Positions 19,372 to 28,534 of a stretch of DNA of 64,000 bases are shown here, in pieces (the stretch's first letter is position 1; each line of letters opens with the position of its first letter). The stretch comes from Thermodesulfobacteriota bacterium (lineage in GTDB: Bacteria; Desulfobacterota; Desulfobacteria; Desulfobacterales; SURF-7): NCBI GenBank assembly GCA_049320885.1, contig JBMORA010000022.1, positions 32,001 to 96,000 of the forward strand. The letters run 5' to 3'. The translations under genes and the position numbers were made by a program. The notes beneath the pieces were generated by a model, which saw only the letters and a program-made list of their open reading frames with translations, searched no databases and was not told the DNA's origin.

Positions 19372-21099
19372 TCAGTATTTACCGAATTCCGCATCATCCA
19401 GGGCGATGACTTCTTCCGGTCTGATTTCCCGGTTTACCCCTTTGTGCTGCGCCGGCCGGCCCCATTCCACCGGTGTCTCGGCAGCCGGCGGCGGCGGTGC
19501 GACAGGTTGCGGGGCCTTTGCCGTACCCAACCGGAAGCGCGACAGCAGGCGACGGACATTGGCGGCCTGGGAAGACAGTTCCTGGGCCGCGGCGGATGTT
19601 TCCTCGGCGTTGGCGGTATTTTGCTGGGTGACGCTGTCGATCTGGGAAAGGCCTTTGTTTACCTGGGATATCCCCTGGGCTTGTTCATTGCTGGCGGCGG
19701 CGATTTCCCCCACCAGATCCGCCACCCGGGTGATGGCGTCGTTGATCTCCGTCAGGGCGATGCGGGTTTTATCGGCGATTTGATTGCCGGCGGTCACCTT
19801 GGTTACGGAGCCTTCAATAAGCTGGGCCGTCTCCTGGGCCGCCTTGGCGCTACGGGCCGCGAGGCTGCGGACTTCCTGGGCCACCACGGCGAAGCCTTTG
19901 CCGTGTTTGCCGGCCCGGGCCGCTTCCACCGCCGCATTCAGGGCCAGAAGATTGGTCTGGAAGGCGATATCGTCAATGGCTTTGATGATTTTGGCGACCT
20001 CCCTGGCGGACTGGCTGATGCCTTCCATGGCGCCGACCATTTCCTCGACCTGCAACACGCCGTTTTTGGCCGCGTTGCGGGCGGTGACGGCCAGCTGGTT
20101 CGCCTGGGATGAATTTTCGGCGTTGGTCTTGGTCTGGGAGCCGATTTCCGTCATGGAGCTGGTGATTTCTTCCAGGGCCGCCGCCTGTTCGGTGGCTCCC
20201 TGGGAGAGGGAATGGCTGGAGTCCGAAACCTGGCTGGAACCGGCATCCACCTGCTCGGCGGCGGAAAACAATTCGCCGACAATGGCCTGGAGGCTTTCCA
20301 GCATGCTTTTCAAGGATTTTCCCAGCATGTCCTTGTCCGAGGCTGCCCGTACCGTGTGCCGGAGATTGCCTTTGGCGATTTCATCGGCGGCCTGGGCTTT
20401 GTCCCGCAATTCCAACACCAGCTGGTTCAGCGCGGACCCCATTCGGCCGATTTCATCCTCCCCGGCGTCGAATTCAACTTGAAGATTGCCGATGCGCAGT
20501 TCGTCGGCATTCCGGGAAGCGCCGCGGATGGGACGTATCAGAATCGGCCGGAAGCTGAAGAAAAGAACGAGCACCAGCAGGAAATTCAGGACCACGACTT
20601 CGGCGATGATGCGGAGGACGAGCCGGTTGAGCGCTTCCATCATAAAGCGCTCGGTAAAAAAGACTTCCAGGCCGCCTAATTTTTCCTTACCCTTCAGGAT
20701 TTCTTTTTTGTAGACGAGGAATTCTCCCTTCGGGGTTTCCTTGTTGTCCACGATGCTCCAGTCTTCGTCGTTCCGGCGCTTGCCGTGCAGCACGGCTTTG
20801 CCGTCGACATCCCGCACCAGAACCGCATATATGCGCTTTTCCAGCATTTCCGATTTCAGCAGCATGCTCACCGCTTGATCATCCATCTCATACAGCGGCG
20901 ACACCAGGCTGATGGCCATGCGCTCCATGGCCATCCGGGAAATCATTTCCAGCTCCTCGGTCATGCTCCGCCGGGTGGTGTAGTAGTTTATCAACGCAAA
21001 TCCCAGCAGGATGATGGTGGAGGTGGAAATCAGAATCAGGCTGATTTTCGCCTGGATGCTTTTTTTCATGAGCCTGCCGAAAGGAGGGAAAAATCTCAT
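19372..21099 (-). CDS. methyl-accepting chemotaxis protein
   Basis: Two TMs, HAMP region, [30 protein letters not shown], tail [11 protein letters not shown]; start uncertain (21069-21105). Confidence 0.95.
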   Translation of the reverse strand: MRFFPPFGRLMKKSIQAKISLILISTSTIILLGFALINYYTTRRSMTEELEMISRMAMERMAISLVSPLYEMDDQAVSMLLKSEMLEKRIYAVLVRDVDGKAVLHGKRRNDEDWSIVDNKETPKGEFLVYKKEILKGKEKLGGLEVFFTERFMMEALNRLVLRIIAEVVVLNFLLVLVLFFSFRPILIRPIRGASRNADELRIGNLQVEFDAGEDEIGRMGSALNQLVLELRDKAQAADEIAKGNLRHTVRAASDKDMLGKSLKSMLESLQAIVGELFSAAEQVDAGSSQVSDSSHSLSQGATEQAAALEEITSSMTEIGSQTKTNAENSSQANQLAVTARNAAKNGVLQVEEMVGAMEGISQSAREVAKIIKAIDDIAFQTNLLALNAAVEAARAGKHGKGFAVVAQEVRSLAARSAKAAQETAQLIEGSVTKVTAGNQIADKTRIALTEINDAITRVADLVGEIAAASNEQAQGISQVNKGLSQIDSVTQQNTANAEETSAAAQELSSQAANVRRLLSRFRLGTAKAPQPVAPPPPAAETPVEWGRPAQHKGVNREIRPEEVIALDDAEFGKY

Positions 21100-21117
21100 A
21101 TCCACCTCTTATAGTGA

Positions 21118-23364
21118 TCAGTACTTGCCGAATTCCTCATCGTCCAAGGCGATGAACGGTTCCGCGGACGATCCGGCGGCTTGACCGGCACCCCCCATCG
21201 GACGGCCCCATGCGGAGGCATTCCCGGCCGGCAGTTGCCTTGCCTCCGGGGATGTCCGGACCTCGGTATTCCGACGCTGGAAAGCGGCGGGCTCTTTGTT
21301 GACCCGAAAGATGCTCAACAAACTTCGGACCTTGGCCGCCTGGGAAGAAAGTTCCTCCGCCGCCGAAGAAGTTTCCTCCGCGCTGGCGGTATTCCGCTGG
21401 GTGACATTGTCGATCTGGGCCAGTCCCAGGGAAACCTGCGAAATGGCCTGGGCCTGCTCATTGCTGGCGGCGGCGATTTCTCCCACCAAGTCCGCCACCC
21501 GGTTGATGCCGGTATGGATTTTCGATAAGGCATTGCCGGTTTTTTCCGCAATGGCATTGCCGTCTTGTACTTTTCGCGCCGAAGCTTCGATGAGTTGGGC
21601 CGTTTCCTGGGCCGCCTTGGCGCTTCTCGCCGCCAGGCTGCGGACTTCCTGGGCGACGACGGCGAAACCCTTGCCGTGTTTTCCGGCCCGGGCCGCCTCC
21701 ACGGCGGCGTTCAAAGCCAGGAGATTGGTCTGAAAGGCGATGCCGTCGATGGTTTTGATGATTTTGGAAATTTCCCTGCTGGAGTCGCTGATGGCGTTCA
21801 TGGCCACCGACATGGCGCGCATCTGGTCAACGCCGTCGATGGAATCCTGTTTGGCCGCTACGGCCAGTTGGTTGGCCTGGGCGGCGTTCTCCGCGTTGGT
21901 TTTGGTCTGGGAACCGATTTCCGTCATGGAACTGGTGATTTCTTCCAGGGAGGCGGCCTGTTCCGTGGCCCCTTGGGAGAGAGCCTGGCTGGAATCGGAT
22001 ATCTGACTGGAACCGGTATCGACCTGATCGGCGGCCATCTGGATATTGACGATGGTGTCATTCATCTTCAGGAGCATGGTTTCAAGGGCTTTCCCCAGGA
22101 TGTCTTCCGTTGAACTCACGTTCACGGACTGCTGCAGATCCCCTTCGGAAATGGCGATGGCCACGGCGGCTTTGCGTTTCAGTTCGTCCACCACCGCATT
22201 CAAAGCCGCCCCCATCTCACCGATTTCGTCCTTGCCGGCGGGAAGTTTTTCCGACAGGACTCCCTTTTCCAGTTTTCCGGCGAACTCCTTCACCTTCAGA
22301 ATCGGCCGGGAGAGCGAATTGGAAAAAACATAGGCCATGGGCAGGAGCAGCACGATACAGAAAACGGAGATGCCGATGAGTACTTTCACCATTTGGACGG
22401 TATTGGACCTGGCGATGTTCTGGGAATAGAGGACGGAGACGGCGGCGATGCAGCCTTTTTGTGAGTAAAACGGGAGAATCCCCTGGAAATAGCTTTCCCC
22501 GCCGATATCCATGTCGGCATAGGCCGGTTCCTGCCGGTTCAATTGCCAGGAATTATCCGCTGCCGGGAAAAGCGCGAGGTCGAGTTTGTTATGTTCCGGG
22601 ATGGTGCCGCTGCTGAAGCCTTTGGTGGAAAAAATATTGACGGCGGTGTCCGTCAGGTCGGCCATCTGCCGGACGAATTCATCCCCCAGGCGCAGATCCG
22701 CGATAATCGTGCCGATCTTGACCGGTTCCAGATTGTTGGTTTTCTGGTTGTATTCCATGGCCATGGACGGCGCGGAACCCACTATCGACAGGAGTCCGTC
22801 GATGATTTCAAAACCGTCGCCGCCTTCCGGATATCTGGGGTCGATCCCTTCGACCGTTTCCACGGTTTTCCAGGCGTCGATTTCCGGTTTGGCGCCGGTT
22901 TTCACGACAGCCGTCCGGAAGGATTTCTTGCCGTCGCCGAATTGGGGAAATCCCAGCCTGCTCTCCTGGCCCTTGATGAGGATGAAGGCCACCAGATCTC
23001 CTTCGGTGTCATAGGCGCGGACCCGCGCCACGTTGCTGGAGATGGCCACATTGTACAGGGTATTGCTGATCTCGATATAGGTATTCTCGGACAGCATGGT
23101 GTCGCCGCTTTTTTTATTGTCCGTCACCAGTTGGATTTTGGCGCCCATGTCGTCCAAGGAGGCCATTTGCCGGGTATCGATGGCCAATTTGCCTTGGAGA
23201 GAGGCAATGCGTTCGCGAATGATTTTGAAAGACCGGTTCAGATCTTCCCGGGAGGCTTCCCGGTTCTGTCTGCTGATCAGAAAAGAAACGGCCACGGTGG
23301 AGAGAAAGGAGACGACCACCAGCATGCTGGCGGCGCTGAACAGGATTTTGTTTTTCAGTTTCAT
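21118..23364 (-). CDS. methyl-accepting chemotaxis protein with large periplasmic domain
   Basis: Two TMs around about 300 aa periplasmic domain, HAMP, MA signature, tail IALDDEEFGKY. Confidence 0.95.
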   Translation of the reverse strand: MKLKNKILFSAASMLVVVSFLSTVAVSFLISRQNREASREDLNRSFKIIRERIASLQGKLAIDTRQMASLDDMGAKIQLVTDNKKSGDTMLSENTYIEISNTLYNVAISSNVARVRAYDTEGDLVAFILIKGQESRLGFPQFGDGKKSFRTAVVKTGAKPEIDAWKTVETVEGIDPRYPEGGDGFEIIDGLLSIVGSAPSMAMEYNQKTNNLEPVKIGTIIADLRLGDEFVRQMADLTDTAVNIFSTKGFSSGTIPEHNKLDLALFPAADNSWQLNRQEPAYADMDIGGESYFQGILPFYSQKGCIAAVSVLYSQNIARSNTVQMVKVLIGISVFCIVLLLPMAYVFSNSLSRPILKVKEFAGKLEKGVLSEKLPAGKDEIGEMGAALNAVVDELKRKAAVAIAISEGDLQQSVNVSSTEDILGKALETMLLKMNDTIVNIQMAADQVDTGSSQISDSSQALSQGATEQAASLEEITSSMTEIGSQTKTNAENAAQANQLAVAAKQDSIDGVDQMRAMSVAMNAISDSSREISKIIKTIDGIAFQTNLLALNAAVEAARAGKHGKGFAVVAQEVRSLAARSAKAAQETAQLIEASARKVQDGNAIAEKTGNALSKIHTGINRVADLVGEIAAASNEQAQAISQVSLGLAQIDNVTQRNTASAEETSSAAEELSSQAAKVRSLLSIFRVNKEPAAFQRRNTEVRTSPEARQLPAGNASAWGRPMGGAGQAAGSSAEPFIALDDEEFGKY

Positions 23365-23441
23365 GCGAATGCGATGACCTCCGGTTGCGACGGAAATGGT
23401 CCGGTTGGGGAAGCGGTGCCGGGCAAGGTGATGGAACGCAC

Positions 23442-23954
23442 CTAGTCGATGGTCGCTGTCACCTGATTCAGTTCTTCATCATACAGCAATTTCCCTGCAT
23501 CCAGGAGGATCTTTACTTTTTCGTCGGCCTTGCCCATGCCTTTGATGAATCGGCTTCCGGCGCTCCGGCTGATTTTGGGAGGTGGATCCACCTGATCTTC
23601 CGGAATGTCGATGACGTCGCTGACCTTGTCCACCACCATGCCGATGGCGGTGTCCTTGATATTGATCACGACGATGCAAGTGCGGTCGTCGTATTCGCGG
23701 GGGCTCATTTTAAAACGCGTGCGCACATCCATGACCGGGATGACCTGTCCCCGCAAATTGATGACGCCTTTGACAAAATCCGGCATGTCCGGAACCTCGG
23801 TGATTTTCTGCATGCCGATTACTTCAATGACATGCATGATTTCAATGCCGTACTCCTCTTCGCCCACCTGAAAGGTGAAATACCGGTTTTTCTGGGTATC
23901 TTCGTCATCTTCATCAAACAGGTCGTCTTCGATGTTGCTCATGTCTTTAGCCAT
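23442..23954 (-). CDS. cheW: chemotaxis adaptor CheW
   Basis: EEYGIEI, ITEVPDMPDFVKGVINLRGQVIPV, GMVVDKVSDV; ATG 23954 after GGGGAG. Confidence 0.95.
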   Translation of the reverse strand: MAKDMSNIEDDLFDEDDEDTQKNRYFTFQVGEEEYGIEIMHVIEVIGMQKITEVPDMPDFVKGVINLRGQVIPVMDVRTRFKMSPREYDDRTCIVVINIKDTAIGMVVDKVSDVIDIPEDQVDPPPKISRSAGSRFIKGMGKADEKVKILLDAGKLLYDEELNQVTATID

Positions 23955-24024
23955 GGAACTCCCCCCTGCTGCATGTAATGGTTGTGCTGTATCCGTCAAG
24001 ACCCGGCGCCGGATTCCGAAACAT

Positions 24025-26301
24025 CTATGCGGCCGCCAGGCTTTGGGCTTTTTGGACCAGGCCCCCGATATCCAGGATCAGGCTGATTTCGCCGTCACCC
24101 AGGATCGTGCAACCGGACAGTCCTTTGACGCTGCCGATATAGTTGGACAGGCCTTTGATCACAGCCTGCTGCTCGCCGATGATTTCATCAATCAATATGG
24201 CCGCCGAGTCACCGCGATGTTCGACGATCACCACCAGGCCTCCCGCCAGTTCCTTGCATTCGGTTTCGATGCGGTGCAATTCATGGAGACGGACCACCGG
24301 CACGAGTTCTTCGCGCACCTTGACCAGCTCCTGGCCGTCCATGGTGACGGTGATTTTATCCTTTTCCACCTGGATGGATTCCCGGATGGAAAGCAGCGGA
24401 ATGGTGTAGCGGGCGTTTCCCACCCGCACCAGCATGCCGTCTATGATGGCAAGGGTAAGGGGAATACGCAGGGCGATGACGGTGCCGAAACCGGGTTGGC
24501 TGCGGATATCGATGTGCCCCTTGATTTTTTCGATGTTCTTTTTCACCACGTCCATGCCCACTCCCCGGCCGGAAACGTCGGTGACTTTGTCGGCGGTCGA
24601 GAAGCCGGGGTGAAAAATGAAATCATAGACCTGCGAATCTTCCAGGTGGCTGCCGTCGTCCTTCAGCAACCCTTTTTCCATCGCTTTGTTGACGATTTTT
24701 CGTCGGTCCAGTCCCCGGCCGTCATCCTTGATGCTGATCCAGATTTCGCCGCCTTCATGCTTGGCTTCCAGAACCACCTCGCCGGTTTCGTCTTTACCCT
24801 GGGCCAGCCTTTCCTGGGGCGATTCCAATCCATGATCGATGGCGTTTCTGACCAGGTGGACAAGCGGGTCGGCGATGAGCTCGGAAACGGTTTTATCGAT
24901 TTCGGTTTCTTCTCCCAGCAGTTCCAGATTGACTTTTTTCTGGGCTTTCACCGAGAGATCATGAACCAGCCGGATCATTTTCCGGAAAACCCCGGAGACC
25001 GGAATCATGCGGACCGACAGGGTGATGTCCTGGAGGTCCCGGACAATTTTATTCAGATGGATGGAGGCGCGTTCGAGGTTTTCGAATTCATAGCCTTTCA
25101 GATCCGGATTGCGCGTCACCATGGCTTCGGCGATGACCAGCTCTCCCACCAGATTGATCAGCTGATCGAGCTTGGCGAGATTGACGCGGATATCCTGCCT
25201 GGCGATGGAGCGGCCTTTGCTGGCAATGGCTTCCGGGGATTCTTCCCGGTTTTGCGCCGGAGGTTCTTCTTTTACCGGAAACTCGGTTTTTTCCCGGAGA
25301 AGGAAGAGGGCTTCCGGCTGTCGAACCTCGGGCCGGACCTCAGGAGCGGCGACCGGTGTTTCCTGCCTGGTGGCGATGATGTCCTCCAGCAGATCCAGCA
25401 GTACGGCGCTGTTGGAAATGGAGCCGGTGCCGCCTTTGGAAATGTCCGCCATGGCCTGGTTGAATATGTCCACCATATACAGCATGGTCTGAATGGTGGA
25501 AGGATCGACCTGGAGAAGCCCCTCCTTGAGGTTGTCCATTACGGTTTCGGTTTTATGGGCCAGTTTTTCCAGATCCGCGAAACCGGAGAATCCGCAATTG
25601 CCCTTGAAGCTGTGCAGAGAGCGGAAGGCCTCCTGGATGGTCTCCTTGTTGTCCGGCTCCTCCTGTAATTTCAGCATGGATTCTTCCACCACTTCCAGTT
25701 GCTCCAGGGCTTCCTCCACGAAACGTTCCATCATCTCCGGGGTGAGCAGCAACTGGTTCAGGGCTCCGTCGGCGTCGGCGGTTGTTTCGATGGTCGGCTC
25801 CGTCGCCTGGATTTCGGCCGCTGGAGCCGTTTCGGGATGCTTCCCCCGGGGTGGCGGTTGTACGCTTATGACTTCCCCCGGCTTTGACTGAATGCAGGCT
25901 TTCAGCCCGTCGATGATGGCCCGGGCTTCGGCTTCGAAGCCGGTATCCGACCCGGTGGATTCAATTTGATCCAGGAAGGAATTGACAATGTCGCAGGTCC
26001 GGCAAAGCACATCGGTGTTGCGCCGGTCCATCTCCAGTTTGCCGCTGCGGATCATATCCAGGAGGGTCTCCGCTTCATGGGTGACCTTGACCACTTCATT
26101 GAATTGCAGAAACCCGGCTGTCCCCTTGATGGAATGAAACAGACGGAAGATCAGGTTGGTGGTTTCCATATCCGGGGCGTTCCCGGGGGTGGAGGTCCTG
26201 CCGAGTTCAATCAGTCGTGGTTCGACTTCTTCTATCATTTCACGGCTTTCTGTGATAAAGGACAGGATGTTTTCATCGATGATGGGGTTCATGTCGGACA
26301 C
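24025..26301 (-). CDS. cheA: chemotaxis histidine kinase CheA with two Hpt domains
   Basis: FRLFHSIKG and FRSLHSFKG; LDQLINLVGELVI; HLVRNAIDHG, DDGRG, GFST, GRGVGMDVV; P5 domain; GTG start after AAGGAG. Confidence 0.96.
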   Translation of the reverse strand: MSDMNPIIDENILSFITESREMIEEVEPRLIELGRTSTPGNAPDMETTNLIFRLFHSIKGTAGFLQFNEVVKVTHEAETLLDMIRSGKLEMDRRNTDVLCRTCDIVNSFLDQIESTGSDTGFEAEARAIIDGLKACIQSKPGEVISVQPPPRGKHPETAPAAEIQATEPTIETTADADGALNQLLLTPEMMERFVEEALEQLEVVEESMLKLQEEPDNKETIQEAFRSLHSFKGNCGFSGFADLEKLAHKTETVMDNLKEGLLQVDPSTIQTMLYMVDIFNQAMADISKGGTGSISNSAVLLDLLEDIIATRQETPVAAPEVRPEVRQPEALFLLREKTEFPVKEEPPAQNREESPEAIASKGRSIARQDIRVNLAKLDQLINLVGELVIAEAMVTRNPDLKGYEFENLERASIHLNKIVRDLQDITLSVRMIPVSGVFRKMIRLVHDLSVKAQKKVNLELLGEETEIDKTVSELIADPLVHLVRNAIDHGLESPQERLAQGKDETGEVVLEAKHEGGEIWISIKDDGRGLDRRKIVNKAMEKGLLKDDGSHLEDSQVYDFIFHPGFSTADKVTDVSGRGVGMDVVKKNIEKIKGHIDIRSQPGFGTVIALRIPLTLAIIDGMLVRVGNARYTIPLLSIRESIQVEKDKITVTMDGQELVKVREELVPVVRLHELHRIETECKELAGGLVVIVEHRGDSAAILIDEIIGEQQAVIKGLSNYIGSVKGLSGCTILGDGEISLILDIGGLVQKAQSLAAA

Positions 26302-26662
26302 GACTCAACTCCTTTTCGCCCAAGGCGGCTGGCAAATGTCGGTAAGCGAGAAATGGATGAAATTTTCGTGAAATGCCAAGATTCACATGTCCGTCTTTGA
26401 AGACGTCGATTCAACCGGCGATGTCGGAAGGGGGCATCCTCATGAGTAGTCAGTCGGTGCTGCTGAAAATACGTTGTAAAGGATTTACCGCGGTTAACGC
26501 GAACGAACTGCAAAAGAAGAATCGTGATGATGCCGTCTTCCGGTTCTCAATCTGTGACGATGTGCCAATATAACATACTTTTTCCGGTTTCAAAAGAAAA
26601 TTTTACGGATCGTTTTTTGCGGGCCGGAATGGCCGCTGGAAGAAGCGTTTCCCAGATGAAGC

Positions 26663-28354
26663 TTATCCCTGGGGGTCGGGGCGGCGTGATCGCATCCGTC
26701 TGTTGTCCAGGCGGATGACGGTGTCCGGTTCGGAAAGGGGTTCATCCCTTCGTTGCATGGCATTTCGAACCGACATGAAATCGTTTTCGTGCAGCAGAAA
26801 GGCGTCCACGACATCCGGATCGAAATGCCGTCCGCGTTCGGCCAGCAATATTTCCTTGGCCTTTTGGTGGGTATAGGCTTTTTTGTAGATGCGGTCGGAA
26901 GTCAACGCGTCATACACATCGGCGAGAGCCACCAGCCGGGCCGAGAGGGGGATTTCCTCGCCCTTGAGGCCTTTCGGGTATCCGCTGCCGTCCCATTTTT
27001 CATGATGGTGATAGGAAATTTCTTTGCCGATGGTCAGAAAGGATTGGCCTTCTATCTGGGCCTCGGCGGCTTTCAGCGCATCTCCTCCCAGGGTGGTGTG
27101 TTGTTTGACGATTTCGAATTCTTTTTGGGTCAGTCTTTCCGGTTTGAGGAGAATGGCGTCCGGTATGCCAACTTTGCCGATGTCATGCAGAATGGAAGAT
27201 ATGTATAGATCTTCAATATATTCAGGGGTGATATAGTTCCGGTATTTTTCATTCCGGGACAGGGCCGTTGCAATGATGCGGGCGTATTCGCGGATTCTTT
27301 CCAGGTGGGTTCCGGTATTCTGATCCCGGTACTCGGCCAGTTTGGCCAGGCCGAGAATGGTCACCGCCCGCGCGTTTTGAAGGCTGCGATAGGATTCCAA
27401 CAGATCTCTTTCCAGTTTTTTCCGTTCCGTGATATCCCGGATTACCATCTGGTAGCCCAGTATTTTTTCGTCTTTTTGAATACATTTGGCGTTGCATTCA
27501 ACCTCCGCCAGGTTTTTGTCTTTTTTGATCACGCGGAACTGCAGATCCTTGACATCCTCTTTTTGGGAAAATCGCGCGGCGATATGCCGCCGGATGCGGG
27601 GCCAGTCTTCCGGATGCACGAATCGTTTGCTGCTGACGGAAAGGGTGGCATTTTCGTTGATTCCGGCCTCTTTGAAAAAGAGGGGATTGGCCATCTGGAT
27701 TTTGCCCCGCCCGTCCACCAGCAGGACAATATCCATCATGTTTTCATAAAGCTCTCGATATCTCAGGAGCGACTCTTCGAGTTGTTTGTTGGTGAAGTCG
27801 ATCTGGCTTCGCAAGCGGCTGATATGACCTCCGAGCAGGGAAAACCAGGCGAGAATGGCGGCAAGGAGGATCCATTGCAGCCATTCGATGCGCACGTCGA
27901 TAATGTCCGGGTGATGCCGGATCAACAGGGACAGGACGGCGGCGTATCCGACCACGGCATAGACCGACAAGATGATGAATTGGCGCTCCTTGAGCCGGAA
28001 GATGCCGAAAATGAATACAACCAGATACAGGGAAAGGACGAGGCCGCGGGCATGGTCCGTGAAATAGATCGCCACCGTGAGCCAGGAAACAGCCACGGCC
28101 GTTTGGGGCAATGTCAGGCTGGGCTCCTTGAACCGGCGATTCAAACCGGTTCGGAAGAGGGCATAGAACAGGCAGTTGGTAAGGAAAATGCCGGCCATGA
28201 AAAGCAACAGGGGTTTCAGTGTCATCCGAAAGCTGTCATGCCAATACAGATAGGCAATCAGCGCGATGACGAGCAGGTAGGAGGCGGAAGCCATGAGGAA
28301 TCGGCGGATCCGGATGGCTTGTTGCGGATGGTGTTTCGGTATGATGCTGAACAT
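26663..28354 (-). CDS. membrane-sensor/PAS/HD-GYP phosphodiesterase
   Basis: About 6 TMs, PAS (VHPED, RDITERK), EYRDQNTGTH, LHDIGK, HHEKWDGSGYP, ADVYDALTSDRIYK; start ATG 28354. Confidence 0.9.
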   Translation of the reverse strand: MFSIIPKHHPQQAIRIRRFLMASASYLLVIALIAYLYWHDSFRMTLKPLLLFMAGIFLTNCLFYALFRTGLNRRFKEPSLTLPQTAVAVSWLTVAIYFTDHARGLVLSLYLVVFIFGIFRLKERQFIILSVYAVVGYAAVLSLLIRHHPDIIDVRIEWLQWILLAAILAWFSLLGGHISRLRSQIDFTNKQLEESLLRYRELYENMMDIVLLVDGRGKIQMANPLFFKEAGINENATLSVSSKRFVHPEDWPRIRRHIAARFSQKEDVKDLQFRVIKKDKNLAEVECNAKCIQKDEKILGYQMVIRDITERKKLERDLLESYRSLQNARAVTILGLAKLAEYRDQNTGTHLERIREYARIIATALSRNEKYRNYITPEYIEDLYISSILHDIGKVGIPDAILLKPERLTQKEFEIVKQHTTLGGDALKAAEAQIEGQSFLTIGKEISYHHHEKWDGSGYPKGLKGEEIPLSARLVALADVYDALTSDRIYKKAYTHQKAKEILLAERGRHFDPDVVDAFLLHENDFMSVRNAMQRRDEPLSEPDTVIRLDNRRMRSRRPDPQG

Positions 28355-28534
28355 GATAATCCCATGCTCCGGTAACACGGATGGGGTCGTCTTGAAGAAA
28401 TTTACATTGACGAACAATGTTTGCACTTGTAAATATGCGCATTCTTTTATACGTAACTCCGAAGTCAGGTCAAGAAAAAAAGGGTAAACGGTCATCTCAA
28501 GTTGTTTGGGGCGGTACAACCAACAGGTGTCGAC

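Noticed and set aside
26330..26480. Sigma-28 promoter or c-di-GMP riboswitch upstream of cheA
   Set aside because: CCGACAT -10-like words have no properly spaced -35; no GEMM core motifs seen.
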